DNA of 20,503 bases from a bacterium (lineage in GTDB: Bacteria; Hinthialibacterota; Hinthialibacteria; Hinthialibacterales; Hinthialibacteraceae). Below are positions 7,541 through 18,700 of the stretch, one piece after another; the first letter of the stretch is position 1, and every line of letters starts with the position of its first letter. The notes under the pieces are model-generated. The model saw only the letters and a list, made by a program, of their open reading frames with translations. It did no database searches and was not told where the DNA came from. The stretch spans positions 1-20,503 of the forward strand of contig JBHGBC010000147.1 in assembly GCA_041946805.1 (NCBI GenBank), read 5' to 3'. The position numbers were made by a program, and so were the translations under genes.

Positions 7541-8488
7541 TTATGACATGGCCGCGAACACCCGCCGGGCGTATTCGACACTGCGCCGATGCGCTTCCAC
7601 CGGGCTGAGGGACTGTGGCGTGCCCGTTTCCACGGCCTGTTCCAACACCAGGTGGGGTTTGACGCCTTGGGCCAGGATAGCTTGGGCCAGAGCGGGGTAA
7701 TCGATATCGCCCTCGCCGAACGTTTCCGCCCACGCGTGATTCACCGATTGCCGCAGGTGCAGCTCGGTCACTCGCTTCCCGTACAATTTCACGATGTCGA
7801 ACAGCGCCACCTGGGAATTGCCCGATCCCCGGTAGATCCAATGCGAATCGAGGCAAAGAGTCACGTACCGGGGATCCGTCCCCACCATCATGTGGTGGAA
7901 CTCGCGCGCCGCGTTGCGCAGCTCCATGTCGTGGTTGTGATAGGCCAGGATCAATCCCCGGCCGTGGAGTTCCTTCCCCAGCTGTTCAAGCGCCTCCGCC
8001 TGGATCTTGAGTTGGTCGTCGGTCTTGTCGCCCGCGCCGCCCCATTGGATCGGGCTGGGATTGGTAACGATGATTTTCGTGCCGATGGCCTGGGCTTTTT
8101 CAGCGATGGCGAGAACGTGCTTCAGGCTCTTTTCGGCCTCTTCCGCGGTGTGCAGCACACTGTTGACGTAGAACGATCGCATTTCCAATCCGTGTTTTTC
8201 CAACAGGGGCGCGAACCGCTCGATGTCTTCGGGACCGTTGACGTTGGCCTCGAACCCATCGATCCCGCTGGCCGCCACTTCCTTGAGGCCTTCGTCCAGC
8301 GACTGGTTGAAGTCGCGTTTATCCCGATTGAAAAACACGATCCACGAGTAGTGGTTGGAAGCCAGGTGCAGGTTACCGCCCGCCTTGTTCTTCTCCGCCC
8401 GCGCGATTCGGGGCCTGGTCCAGGCCGCGCCCGCCGCCAGGCTGATGGCGGTGAGAATACCCCGGCGGGAGATCGACGACTGGTTCAT
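7541..8488 (-). CDS. Tat-exported sugar phosphate isomerase/epimerase (xylose-isomerase-like TIM barrel, IolE-like)
   Basis: Tat signal SRRGILTAISLAAGAA. Metal-binding pattern YHNH, LCLDSHW, ELHLR, FGEGDIDY and LVLEQ. Confidence 0.85.
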   Translation of the reverse strand: MNQSSISRRGILTAISLAAGAAWTRPRIARAEKNKAGGNLHLASNHYSWIVFFNRDKRDFNQSLDEGLKEVAASGIDGFEANVNGPEDIERFAPLLEKHGLEMRSFYVNSVLHTAEEAEKSLKHVLAIAEKAQAIGTKIIVTNPSPIQWGGAGDKTDDQLKIQAEALEQLGKELHGRGLILAYHNHDMELRNAAREFHHMMVGTDPRYVTLCLDSHWIYRGSGNSQVALFDIVKLYGKRVTELHLRQSVNHAWAETFGEGDIDYPALAQAILAQGVKPHLVLEQAVETGTPQSLSPVEAHRRSVEYARRVFAAMS

Positions 8489-8525
8489 GGTTCATTACCC
8501 CCATATATTAGAAGATGCCGGTTTA

Positions 8526-10025
8526 TCAATCCTTCACGACCACTTTCAATTTCACGGTAACCGGTTCCTGTTCAGGCCCTTGAGACGAAAATGTTACTGT
8601 ATAAAAACCGGGTTGCCCATAGGTGTGCGCGAGTTCGTCTTGGATCGGCTGCACCGCGCTTCCATCACCAAAATGGACCATGACTGGCGCCGTGGTATTC
8701 CACAGCCGGTTCCAGAATAGAACCGGCGAGCCGGAATGAATACCCCGGACCGGCGTATAATAACACCACCCCGCGGCCATCTTTCTGCCCCGCTCCGGAT
8801 CGAATACCCGGATTTGGGCAAAGTCCCGGTCTTCGGCGCCGCCCTCCGTCTTCACGATCAATTCTTCCGAATAGAGTCCCGGCTGATCGAATTGCACTGT
8901 GACCTGGGCTGAATCAATCTGTTGCTGATCATGCAAAATCCACCGGAACGAACCGATTTTTCTTCCGGGCCGCGCGATGGAACGCGACGCGTCCAGCTCC
9001 ACTGGCTCCCCCGGCAAGGCGAAATGATATCCCCCCGCCACCGCCAAGACTTCATCCGGAAAGGTATTGAAATAGGCCTCGATCATGGCCGGGTAGGCGC
9101 TGATCGGGGAGTCGTGAAAATGAAAATCAAAATGGAGATGCGGATCATTGTGCTGCTGAGGTTTTCCCTTCCAGGTCGCGCCGGTTTTCCCCATGACCTG
9201 CCCCCTTTTCACCTCCGCGCCGGCGGTTAAATTGTTCGCGATGGTCTCGATATTCATATGGGCGTAGCGAAGAGTGAATCCCCGTGCCGTTTGGATCCGG
9301 ATGATATTCGAATCCCCGTCGCCACCGGGAAGCGGGGTGGTGACGATACGGCCTTCCAGCGCGGCCATCACCTCCAAGCGGCCGGGGATCGCGCCAAAAT
9401 CTTCCCCGCGGTGATAATAGAGCAGGTTGTAAGGGACCAAGGCCGACCAGGTATTGTTATAAGACGAGGATCGCCATCGGTAATCCTTGATGGGAAAGAC
9501 CATCCCTTCCGGCCCCCAGGATTCCCCCTCCGCGCAAAGAGAAAGACGCGTGTCTTTCCGCAAGTCCATCTCGGCAATCTGGACTTGGGTGGACCAGGTT
9601 TTGGTGGTTTCAACGTAAAGTCGAAGCCCGTTCACGGAGACGGGCATTTGGTAAGGCCGGTGGAGCAATGCGGCTTTTTCACCCGATACCTCCACCGTGA
9701 CTACCGCCTTGAGTAAGGTGCGATGATCCGGATTCTGTTCTATGTGATAATCCGGCTGCCACGCATGCCGGATCGAAATCAGTTTTAAATTCCGCTTTAT
9801 TGTTCCAGCCGGGGTTTCGCGGGTGACCGGGATGGATTCGCCGGTATTCAAGTCGGCCACCAGAGGCAGTCCGGGAACATCCATGATGATCGTGCCGGTC
9901 CCCGTTTCAGAAAAACAGCCTGGACTGTTCTCGAAAGCCATTCCGGGTAAAACGAGAAGCAGGATCAGCGCCCGCTTGCCCCCTATCGCGGATCGAAGCC
10001 AATCGAAAAGCCGGGGAGACATCAT
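8526..10025 (-). CDS. M23 family peptidase with C-terminal PKD/Ig-like domains
   Basis: HRGEDFG (HxxxD), LRYAHM, V.RGQVMGKTGAT and PHLHF (HxH). PKD-like segments VELDASRS..FRW..FDQPG.Y and HFGDGS..HTYGQPGFYTV. Hydrophobic N-terminal stretch. Confidence 0.82.
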   Translation of the reverse strand: MMSPRLFDWLRSAIGGKRALILLLVLPGMAFENSPGCFSETGTGTIIMDVPGLPLVADLNTGESIPVTRETPAGTIKRNLKLISIRHAWQPDYHIEQNPDHRTLLKAVVTVEVSGEKAALLHRPYQMPVSVNGLRLYVETTKTWSTQVQIAEMDLRKDTRLSLCAEGESWGPEGMVFPIKDYRWRSSSYNNTWSALVPYNLLYYHRGEDFGAIPGRLEVMAALEGRIVTTPLPGGDGDSNIIRIQTARGFTLRYAHMNIETIANNLTAGAEVKRGQVMGKTGATWKGKPQQHNDPHLHFDFHFHDSPISAYPAMIEAYFNTFPDEVLAVAGGYHFALPGEPVELDASRSIARPGRKIGSFRWILHDQQQIDSAQVTVQFDQPGLYSEELIVKTEGGAEDRDFAQIRVFDPERGRKMAAGWCYYTPVRGIHSGSPVLFWNRLWNTTAPVMVHFGDGSAVQPIQDELAHTYGQPGFYTVTFSSQGPEQEPVTVKLKVVVKD

Positions 10026-10298
10026 GTTTTGGGCTCCTGAATTCCGTATCGTGACAACCGCATAGGGATTTTGTTCCGGGCCGCGAGTGATCCCGATCCC
10101 GCCGGCGTTCTGGGTACCAAGACGATCCGGCCGATATTATCATACTGATTGCACCGGGGAAAAGACGCATCTTGCCAATGTACCTTCACAATCCAATCCA
10201 TCTTTGGGATATTCTGTTTTTACCGCGGTATGACTGTGGCGGTTTCATGGAAAATGCCATCCCGCCAATTTCCAAATCGCGAGCCAGGAGATATAAAC

Positions 10299-11600
10299 AT
10301 GAATATAAACTCGTTTTCCCGGCGTTCGTTTTTTTCCCGGCGTTCGTTTCTCTCGGCCTCGGCCGCGGGACTCGGCTTGATGGCGCAAGGAGTTGCCCCC
10401 GGGCGCGTGCTGGGGGCCAACCAGCGGGTCCGCATCGGCATGATCGGCCTGGGGGGGCGGGGAAGCGATCTGTTCCGCATGGTGCTGCGGCGCGCCGGGG
10501 ATCAAAATGATGTAGAAGTGGCGGCTCTTTGCGACGTGTACCGCAAGCGGCTCAACGCGGCCGCCGAACACGCTCTGGAGGCCAAAACGTATTTGCGCCA
10601 CCAAGAACTCCTGGAGCGGAAAGACCTCGACGCGGTCTTCATCGCCACGCCTGATCATTGGCACGCGCCCATCACCCTGGCCGCCATGCAAACGGGCAAG
10701 GATGTTTATTGCGAAAAACCCATGACCCTGCATTGGGAAGACGCCAAGGTGGTGGCCCGCCAGGCCCGCGAGAAGAACCGCGTCCTGCAAATCGGTGTTC
10801 AAGCGCTGTCGTGGAGCAAGTGGCACAAGGTCAAGGAAATCGTGGACCAGGACATGTTGGGCAAAATCGTCATTTGCCAGGGAACCTACAGCCGCAACGC
10901 TCCCGGAGGCGACTGGCAATACACGATCGATCCGGCCGCCGGCCCCCAGGGGAAAGATGAAGATTTCATCGATTGGGAACAGTGGCTGGGTTCCGCCCCT
11001 CCGCGGCCTTTCGATCCGGACCGCTTTTTCCGCTTCCGGAAATATTGGGATTACTCCGGCGGCATCGCCACCGACCTGCACTACCACACCGTCGCGCCGT
11101 TTCATCTCGCCGTGCGCAACGACCATCCCACCCGCGTGGCCGGCCTGGGAGGCATCTGGAGGCACAAGGATGGAAGGGAGGTTCCCGACACTTTCCTCAC
11201 CGCCGCCGATTACCCCGGCGAATACTCACTCCATGTCCCCTCCTCGCAGGCGAACGCCCACGGGATCCAAACCCTGATTCGGGGCGAGAAAGCCACGCTC
11301 TACTGCGGCGCGGATTGGGAAGGAGAAACCTACGGCGTCCTGCGGGTGGTCCCCGAGGAACCGTTCCAGGATGAATTCGTGAAAAAGTGGGGCGTCAAAG
11401 AGTACATCGTTCCGAACATCCAGGACGAAGGCGACCAGAAGCACGTGGACAATTTCATCGAGTGTATTCACAGCCGCAAACCGCCGAATTGCCACGCGGA
11501 CCTCGCCTACAAAGTCATGACCACCATCGATCTTTCGGTCCGCTCGTACCGGGACGGCAAGATGTATCATTTCGACGCGAAAAAAGAACAGGTCTTATGA
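10299..11600 (+). CDS. Tat-exported Gfo/Idh/MocA family oxidoreductase
   Basis: ATG 10299 after AGGAG. Twin-arginine signal, Rossmann IGLGGRG, ATPDHWH, DVYCEKP and FRKYWDYSGG. Confidence 0.93.
   Translation: MNINSFSRRSFFSRRSFLSASAAGLGLMAQGVAPGRVLGANQRVRIGMIGLGGRGSDLFRMVLRRAGDQNDVEVAALCDVYRKRLNAAAEHALEAKTYLRHQELLERKDLDAVFIATPDHWHAPITLAAMQTGKDVYCEKPMTLHWEDAKVVARQAREKNRVLQIGVQALSWSKWHKVKEIVDQDMLGKIVICQGTYSRNAPGGDWQYTIDPAAGPQGKDEDFIDWEQWLGSAPPRPFDPDRFFRFRKYWDYSGGIATDLHYHTVAPFHLAVRNDHPTRVAGLGGIWRHKDGREVPDTFLTAADYPGEYSLHVPSSQANAHGIQTLIRGEKATLYCGADWEGETYGVLRVVPEEPFQDEFVKKWGVKEYIVPNIQDEGDQKHVDNFIECIHSRKPPNCHADLAYKVMTTIDLSVRSYRDGKMYHFDAKKEQVL
10314..10349 (+). repeat. Exact 18-bp tandem duplication in the Tat signal
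   Basis: TTTTCCCGGCGTTCGTTT x2, encoding FSRRSF twice. Confidence 0.95.
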
Positions 11601-11616
11601 TACTTTCTGTGTCCCA

Positions 11617-14562
11617 ATGAAGACCGCCTTCCGATTCCTTCTTTGGTTTTTCTTGAGTTTGCCACCGGCTTTCGCTTTGGAACCGGGATTCTGGCGGTAT
11701 TGGACGGTCCTGGACGGGCTGCAGGAAGCCTGGTGCTCGGCCGTCACGTTGAGTCCCTCGGATCATGTATGGATCACCCATGGTGTGGCTGTAAAGCATT
11801 CCTCCCTCTATGATGGATACCATATCCGCGCCTTTCCCAAAAACGATACGCATCTGCCCATGTTCGAAGGACCGGATTTTTCCCTTTGGTCTCTGACCCG
11901 CGGCAATACCTTACGTTATTTCCCCGATTGGCGTGTGAGCATGGAGGGAGAATGGACCGACCACTCGTTGAATCCCGCGAACGGCTATCCGGTCCTGATT
12001 CCCGTATCGAAAACCCAGGCGCTTTATCTATCGGTGGATCAACGGCTGATCGAGTACGACGTGGAACTTCAAGCCGGACGGGAAATTCTGGAAGCCACCA
12101 GAACGAACCTGGGGAGCCTCAATGGCATCTTTCCAGGCCGGGACCGGTGTGTATGGTTGTCCGGTTCGCGGGGATTGGGACGGTGGCGCGCCGGGGAAGG
12201 GAATCGGCTTGAGGAATTTCCTTATCCATCCGCTTTTTCCGGCCAAACCGCCGTCTTTCAAATGGAATCGCGGAGAGGATTTGTGCAGGGGTATCTGCAA
12301 AGGGATGGGAACCAGGCCTCGCCGATGGTGTTCGACGGGCGCGGATTTACGGTGGATCCGCATACCTTCGATCTCTCCGGCAACGCCCTGGTCCGGGAGG
12401 ACCAAATTCTTATTCCCGTGCGGGATCATGTCCTGTTGGCGGGCCGCGAGAATATGATGGCCGCCTTGATCAATCATGCCTTTTTCGAGGATGACGGCAA
12501 GGTCTGGTACGCCACCAATCAAGGCTTGGCCCGTTATTGTCTCTCGATTTGGCAAACTCCTCTCGAAGTGGCGAATATCCATTCCATCGTCCATGGCATC
12601 CACGAGCATCCCGATGATTCCCTGTGGTTCATCTGCCGCAATCAATTCGCACGCCTGAAGGATGGCCAATGGGAAACCCATCTCATTCCGCCGGGCTTTG
12701 AGGCGAGCTACTACGTGACCGGCGCGATCGGCTCCCTGCCGGATGGCCGTATTTACTATTCCACCGACCGGTCCATCATCGCGTTCGATCCGGCCACGCG
12801 GCAATTCGAGGTGTTGATCGAATCCACTCCCTACAAACTCCGCTATTACCTCAAACAAGAGGGGCCGGACCGGCTCTTGGTGACGGAATACGCGGCCCCG
12901 GACTATTCCCTGGGTCTTTTCGACGGCAAGACCTATACACCGCTCATTCAAGAATCCGGGAGCGACCGCCTGCTGAGCGGCGTCCGCGACAGTCTCGTGG
13001 ACCGCAACCATGTCCGCTGGGTGGCGGGTCTGCGGGGCGCTTTGCGGTTCGAGAACGGTGTCTACCGGCCCTTCCCGGAAGGCGAGCAACCGCCTTTCGG
13101 AGCCGCTTCCTGCCTCATGGAAACCCGGGACGGCCGGATCTGGGCCGGTGGCTCCAACAGCATCTGGCAATTCGACGGACGGCATTGGTCCCTGGTCCGG
13201 GACAACCTCGACCGGGTGAACCACATCGTTCAAATGGCCGATGACAGCATTTGGGTGGCCTCCTTCAGCGGGCTGCATCAATACAAGGACGGGACCTGGA
13301 TCACTTACACCAGCGAAGACGGCCTATCCAATACGTCGGTTTATACGGTATACCAGGACAAGCAAGGCCGGATCTGGGCCGGCACCACGAGCGGCATCGT
13401 CATGTTTCATCCCGAGGAAGATCCGGATCCCCCGCTGGCCTGGATCGATCCCAACAATTCCCGGGAAATCGCGCCCTCCGGCAACGCCCAGTTCTTTTTC
13501 TCCGGCGTGGATAAATGGAACTTCACCAAGCCGGAACGGCTCTATTTCGCCTGCCGGATTGACAAAGAACCGTGGTCATCCTTCTCCACGCATACAGTCG
13601 TTCAAGTGCGGAACTTGGCTTCCGGATCCCATCGCCTGTACGTGCGGGCCATGGACCGCAATTGGAACCGCTCGGAAACGGCGGCCTGGGACTTCACGGT
13701 GCCTTTGCCTTGGTACAAGGAACCTGGATTTTGGGCAATATCCTCCCTTGGGGGAACCTTGACCTTGATTCTGGCCGCCTTGGCGGTCTCCCGCCATCGG
13801 CAGGTGCAAAAATCCAATTTGAAGCTGCAAGAAGCCAATCTGCGGCTGAACCGGGCGAACGAGGAACTGCGCGAGCTGGACAAAATGAAATCCGCCTTCG
13901 TGGCCCAGGCCTCGCATGATCTGCGCACGCCGCTCACCGCCATTCAGGGAAGTCTGGATAATCTGGCCCATGGCGTCGGAGGCGGCTTGAACGAAAAACA
14001 GCAGGTCATCATTGGCCGCGCCAGCCGCTCCGTCAAACGCCTTACGAACCTCATCAACGATATTCTCGACATTTCGCGCATCGAATCGGGACGCATGATT
14101 CTGGATCTGAATCCGGTATCCCTGAAACTGTTGACGGAAAGCATCCTCCAGGAAGAAAAATCCGCCGCCGCCCAGAAGAACATTTCCCTCTCGATGGTTG
14201 CCGCGGAAGAGCCGCCCCGGATCCGCGTGGATGCCAGCAAAATTGAACGGATTATTGGTGAATTGATCAGCAACGCCATCAAATACACTCCGGAGGATGG
14301 TTCCATCGAAGTCCGCCTGGCGCAGACCGATACCAGTGTATACGTGGCCGTTCAGGACACCGGCATCGGCATGGCGCCGGAGGAAATCCCCAAGATCTGG
14401 GAACGTTTTTACCGCACCACCGCGTCCCGGAAAATCGCCAAAGGCTCGGGCCTGGGGCTGTCGATCGCCAAGGAACTGGTGGAACTGCACGAGGGGACCA
14501 TCACCGTGGAGAGTGAAGCCGGGAAGGGCTCCACCTTCACAGTGACGCTGCCCAAGCGGTGA
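11617..14562 (+). CDS. Membrane sensor histidine kinase with beta-propeller (Reg_prop) and Y_Y_Y extracytoplasmic domains
   Basis: Signal peptide; propeller repeats (EDGLSNTSVYTVYQDKQGRIWAGT); Y_Y_Y-like NLASGSHRLYVRAMD; TM after PWY; H-box SHDLRTPL; N-box NAIKYT; DTGIG and GSGLGLSI. No receiver domain. Confidence 0.93.
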   Translation: MKTAFRFLLWFFLSLPPAFALEPGFWRYWTVLDGLQEAWCSAVTLSPSDHVWITHGVAVKHSSLYDGYHIRAFPKNDTHLPMFEGPDFSLWSLTRGNTLRYFPDWRVSMEGEWTDHSLNPANGYPVLIPVSKTQALYLSVDQRLIEYDVELQAGREILEATRTNLGSLNGIFPGRDRCVWLSGSRGLGRWRAGEGNRLEEFPYPSAFSGQTAVFQMESRRGFVQGYLQRDGNQASPMVFDGRGFTVDPHTFDLSGNALVREDQILIPVRDHVLLAGRENMMAALINHAFFEDDGKVWYATNQGLARYCLSIWQTPLEVANIHSIVHGIHEHPDDSLWFICRNQFARLKDGQWETHLIPPGFEASYYVTGAIGSLPDGRIYYSTDRSIIAFDPATRQFEVLIESTPYKLRYYLKQEGPDRLLVTEYAAPDYSLGLFDGKTYTPLIQESGSDRLLSGVRDSLVDRNHVRWVAGLRGALRFENGVYRPFPEGEQPPFGAASCLMETRDGRIWAGGSNSIWQFDGRHWSLVRDNLDRVNHIVQMADDSIWVASFSGLHQYKDGTWITYTSEDGLSNTSVYTVYQDKQGRIWAGTTSGIVMFHPEEDPDPPLAWIDPNNSREIAPSGNAQFFFSGVDKWNFTKPERLYFACRIDKEPWSSFSTHTVVQVRNLASGSHRLYVRAMDRNWNRSETAAWDFTVPLPWYKEPGFWAISSLGGTLTLILAALAVSRHRQVQKSNLKLQEANLRLNRANEELRELDKMKSAFVAQASHDLRTPLTAIQGSLDNLAHGVGGGLNEKQQVIIGRASRSVKRLTNLINDILDISRIESGRMILDLNPVSLKLLTESILQEEKSAAAQKNISLSMVAAEEPPRIRVDASKIERIIGELISNAIKYTPEDGSIEVRLAQTDTSVYVAVQDTGIGMAPEEIPKIWERFYRTTASRKIAKGSGLGLSIAKELVELHEGTITVESEAGKGSTFTVTLPKR

Positions 14563-14835
14563 GGAACCGATTGGTTTGATGGGAACGCTGCCTGCTTTTG
14601 CCGGATTCTGGATTATCGCCAATTTTTCTACAGCCCATTTTCTTTTGCTGGATTTCCCATTTTTGGGTTGAATGCCCCCCCCCGGAGTTCAACTCAGTAT
14701 GTATTTCTCCTTGTATTTCTCCGATTTCTCCTTGAATCAAGGGACTCTCTGAACTGGTCTCCATGAATTGCAGGCTGCATAATACTCGGTAAGTGCATGT
14801 ATATTTTTAACTTATTCAAATCAAGGAGAAATACG

Positions 14836-15669
<834 letters not shown>

Positions 15670-15698
15670 ATCCTTGAATTGGCGGTATTCATCCTTCT

Positions 15699-15727
15699 TT
15701 ATCAACGAATAAATAGTTGCTTATAAT
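15699..15727 (+). promoter_or_regulatory. Possible sigma70 promoter of the NERD-kinase locus
   Basis: Perfect TATAAT at 15722-15727 with TTATCA 17 nt upstream, in an AT-rich stretch 70 nt before the ATG. Confidence 0.4.
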
Positions 15728-15797
15728 AAATATACTTGTTCTGAAAAGTTCAGGGTACACCGTTATTTGAGATTTTGGCGCTCCCGGAGGTCATTCG

Positions 15798-18700
15798 ATG
15801 AAGGTTGAACATATCCCCTGCGGTCTCCCGGCCAACGAAAGCGAGCGGAAGGCCATCTCCTTTTTGATGAACAAACTCCAGGCAGAACCGGGAGACGGAG
15901 AGTGGATTTTACTCACCAATTGGCTCTTTTCCGTTACCAACCGGGTCCAATCCGATGAAATCGATATTCTGCTGATCGGGCCGCCCGGGGTCCGAGTCAT
16001 CGAAGTCAAGCATTGGGACGACAAATGGGCCCGGGATCATAATGAATTCGTCACTCATGAAATGGAAAAACTGACCGGGAAGGTCAAAAAAATCGCCACC
16101 ACGCTGCGGAAGCATGAACCGGATGTAGGCTTTGTGGACGGATGCGTCTTGCTGACGCGGGAGACTTCCGCTCTGAAAAATCTTCGAAGCCAGCCCATCC
16201 GGGGGATCCCCTTTCTCGGATTGACGGATTGGAAAACCTTGCTCGAGGTGAAAAATCAACATTGGACCGCGGTGCAGGTCAAAAATCTGTGCCGGATGCT
16301 CGAGCCCCGGTCCGCGGTCGCCTTGGAGGGGGATCTGCGGCGTTTCGGCGGAGTGGTGAATCTGGAACTGATAACCCCTCCGGATGAACGGTTCCACCGC
16401 ATATATAAGGGACGTCATTCCGTCCGCCAGGACAAGGTGGTTCTGCATCTGTACGATTTATCCGCCCATCCCGATAAAAACGCCGAGCAACTGGCGCGCC
16501 GGGAGTTCGAGGCCTTGTTGCGCACGCAACGTTTCTCCTGGGCGCCCCGGATTCTGGATTCATTTCATGACGCGCCGGGATATCCCGGGGAGATGTATTC
16601 GTTCACGCTGGTGGATCCTTCCGCGCCGGCTTTGCGGGACCGCCTAAACGACCCGGGGTGGAAAACCCGGGAGCGTCTGGCGTTCGCCCTTGAGTCCCTG
16701 CGGGCGCTGAAAGAAATGCATCACCCGGGCGAAGAGTCGCCTCCCATCATCCATCGGAATTTAACCCCCGCCACGATAAGGATCCGCCATGATGGAACTC
16801 CCATTTTCACGGGATTTCATTGGGCGCGGATTCCCACCGACACCAGCATTGCCCCCGCGTTGCCCATGCCAAGCGAGTGGGAGCAGGCTGTCGCGCCGGA
16901 AATCCGCCAAGCCGGCTTGGCCGCCGCGTCCGAGCGCTCCGATTTGTATTCTCTCTGCTTTTCGCTGTTGCTTCTCTTTAAAAATCAAACGGATGATGAC
17001 CTGGCCCGGCAAGCGGGCCAGTTGCTGGAAGGAGGTCTGAAGGAGCAGCCGGAAGAACGGGAAACGCCCGATCAAATCATGGAGGGAATCGGCGTGCTTC
17101 TGGGGCAGTCGCTTCCCGCGCCTGCACTTCCTCCAGCCCGGTTTTGGACGGAGGATCAGACCGTGCGCTTCCACGGCCGCGATTACCGGATCGTGAGTTG
17201 CCTGGGCGGCGGCGGCATCGGGACGACTTTCAAGGTCATTGAATTCGATCGGACAACCCACGAGGATTGGGGAACCTATGTGGGGAAGGTGGTGCATTCG
17301 CGGGATCATGGTGGCCGGGTGCTCAAAGCGTACGTCCGGGCGCGGCATTGCCTGGGGCGTAGTCCCGGCCTGTCGGCGATTTACGAAGTCGCGACGGAGT
17401 GGAAAGACAATGATTTCGTGGCGCTGATGACCTGGATCGAGGGCGCTCCGCTGGCGGATTTCATCGGCGTGTTCCCCTTGCTCGCGGAGGAATGGGAGGA
17501 AAAATCCCCCGAAGCCCTGGCGGTGCGTTGGATCCGGAACCTGTGCGCCGCGCTCCATGACTTGCATAAACACGGATTGATCCATGGAGACGTCAGCCCC
17601 CGGAACATCATCGTCTCCGGCCATGACGTGGTGCTGACCGATTATGACTTTGTCACCAAAATCGGGGAACCACGCTGGGGATCCGGAACCCTGCTCTACT
17701 GCACGCCCCTCTCAGTGGGGGAGACTCCTGCCCAAGCCGCGGATGATCTCTATGCCTTGGCGGCGTCGTTTTTCCTAGTGCTGACCGAAAAACTTCCATT
17801 CCCAGGCGATGGCCGGGCGGCCAAGGAACGAGGCCTCGTTTGGGAAGAATCTGACCGCGAAGCCTACCCTTTCCTGAGTATCTTTTTGAACCGGGCGACG
17901 GATCCGAACCCCGCCCGCCGCTTCGCTTCAGTGGAAGAAGCGCTGACTTTTCTCAAGGACTACGCCCAGGAAGAACCGCCCGTTGAGATCCGCGTCCCGG
18001 AGGTGATTGCGACTCGCGAAGTGCAAGAGGGGCGCGTTGACTGGTTGTATTCCTTACTGCAATCATATCCGGGATCCCAGTGGGGCAACCAGGAAACGCG
18101 GGGGCTGGATACGCCCTTCGCCGCGCGGACGTATGTCGAAACCAGCCTGGAAGAAACCTTGTTGCGGGAAATCCGGGCGCGCCAGATCCGGCTGATCATT
18201 CTTTGCGGCAACGCCGGCGACGGGAAAACCGCGCTGCTGCAACGCCTGGCGCAGCAGTTGGGATTCGGCAGCCATCAATCCGCTGAACGGATCATCGAAC
18301 ACCGGCTGGAAAACGGCCCGCTGGTGCGGATCAACCTGGATGGTTCGGCCGCTTGGCAGGGCCGGTCCTCCGATGAATTGCTGAATGAATTCCTGGGGCC
18401 GTTTCAGAGCGGCGATCCCGCCGAAGACATCGTTCACCTGCTGGCGATTAACGACGGGCGGTTGTTGGAGTGGATCGACTCCGTGGGGCCCACGGCGCTG
18501 ACGAACAAACTCACTTCCTTCCTTCTGGACGATCCGGATTCGGACCCGTCCCGTGCTTTTCACGTCCGCTTTATCAATCTGAATGACCGCTCCCTGGTGG
18601 GCGGGCTGAATCCCGGCCGCACGAAGATCGAAACCACGTTTTTGGACCGCTTGGTGGACCGGCTGTACGGTGGAGAACAGGCGGAAGCGATCTGGAAACC

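Noticed and set aside
10149..10298. Upstream extensions of the ORF calls (10149; likewise 7126, 4470 and 3748)
   Set aside because: Downstream starts have clear RBSs, signal peptides or stop/start overlaps, and the extensions run through intergenic or repeat DNA.
12028..14622. Long minus-strand ORFs of 417 and 348 aa
   Set aside because: Antisense shadows of the histidine kinase, expected from high-GC codon bias.
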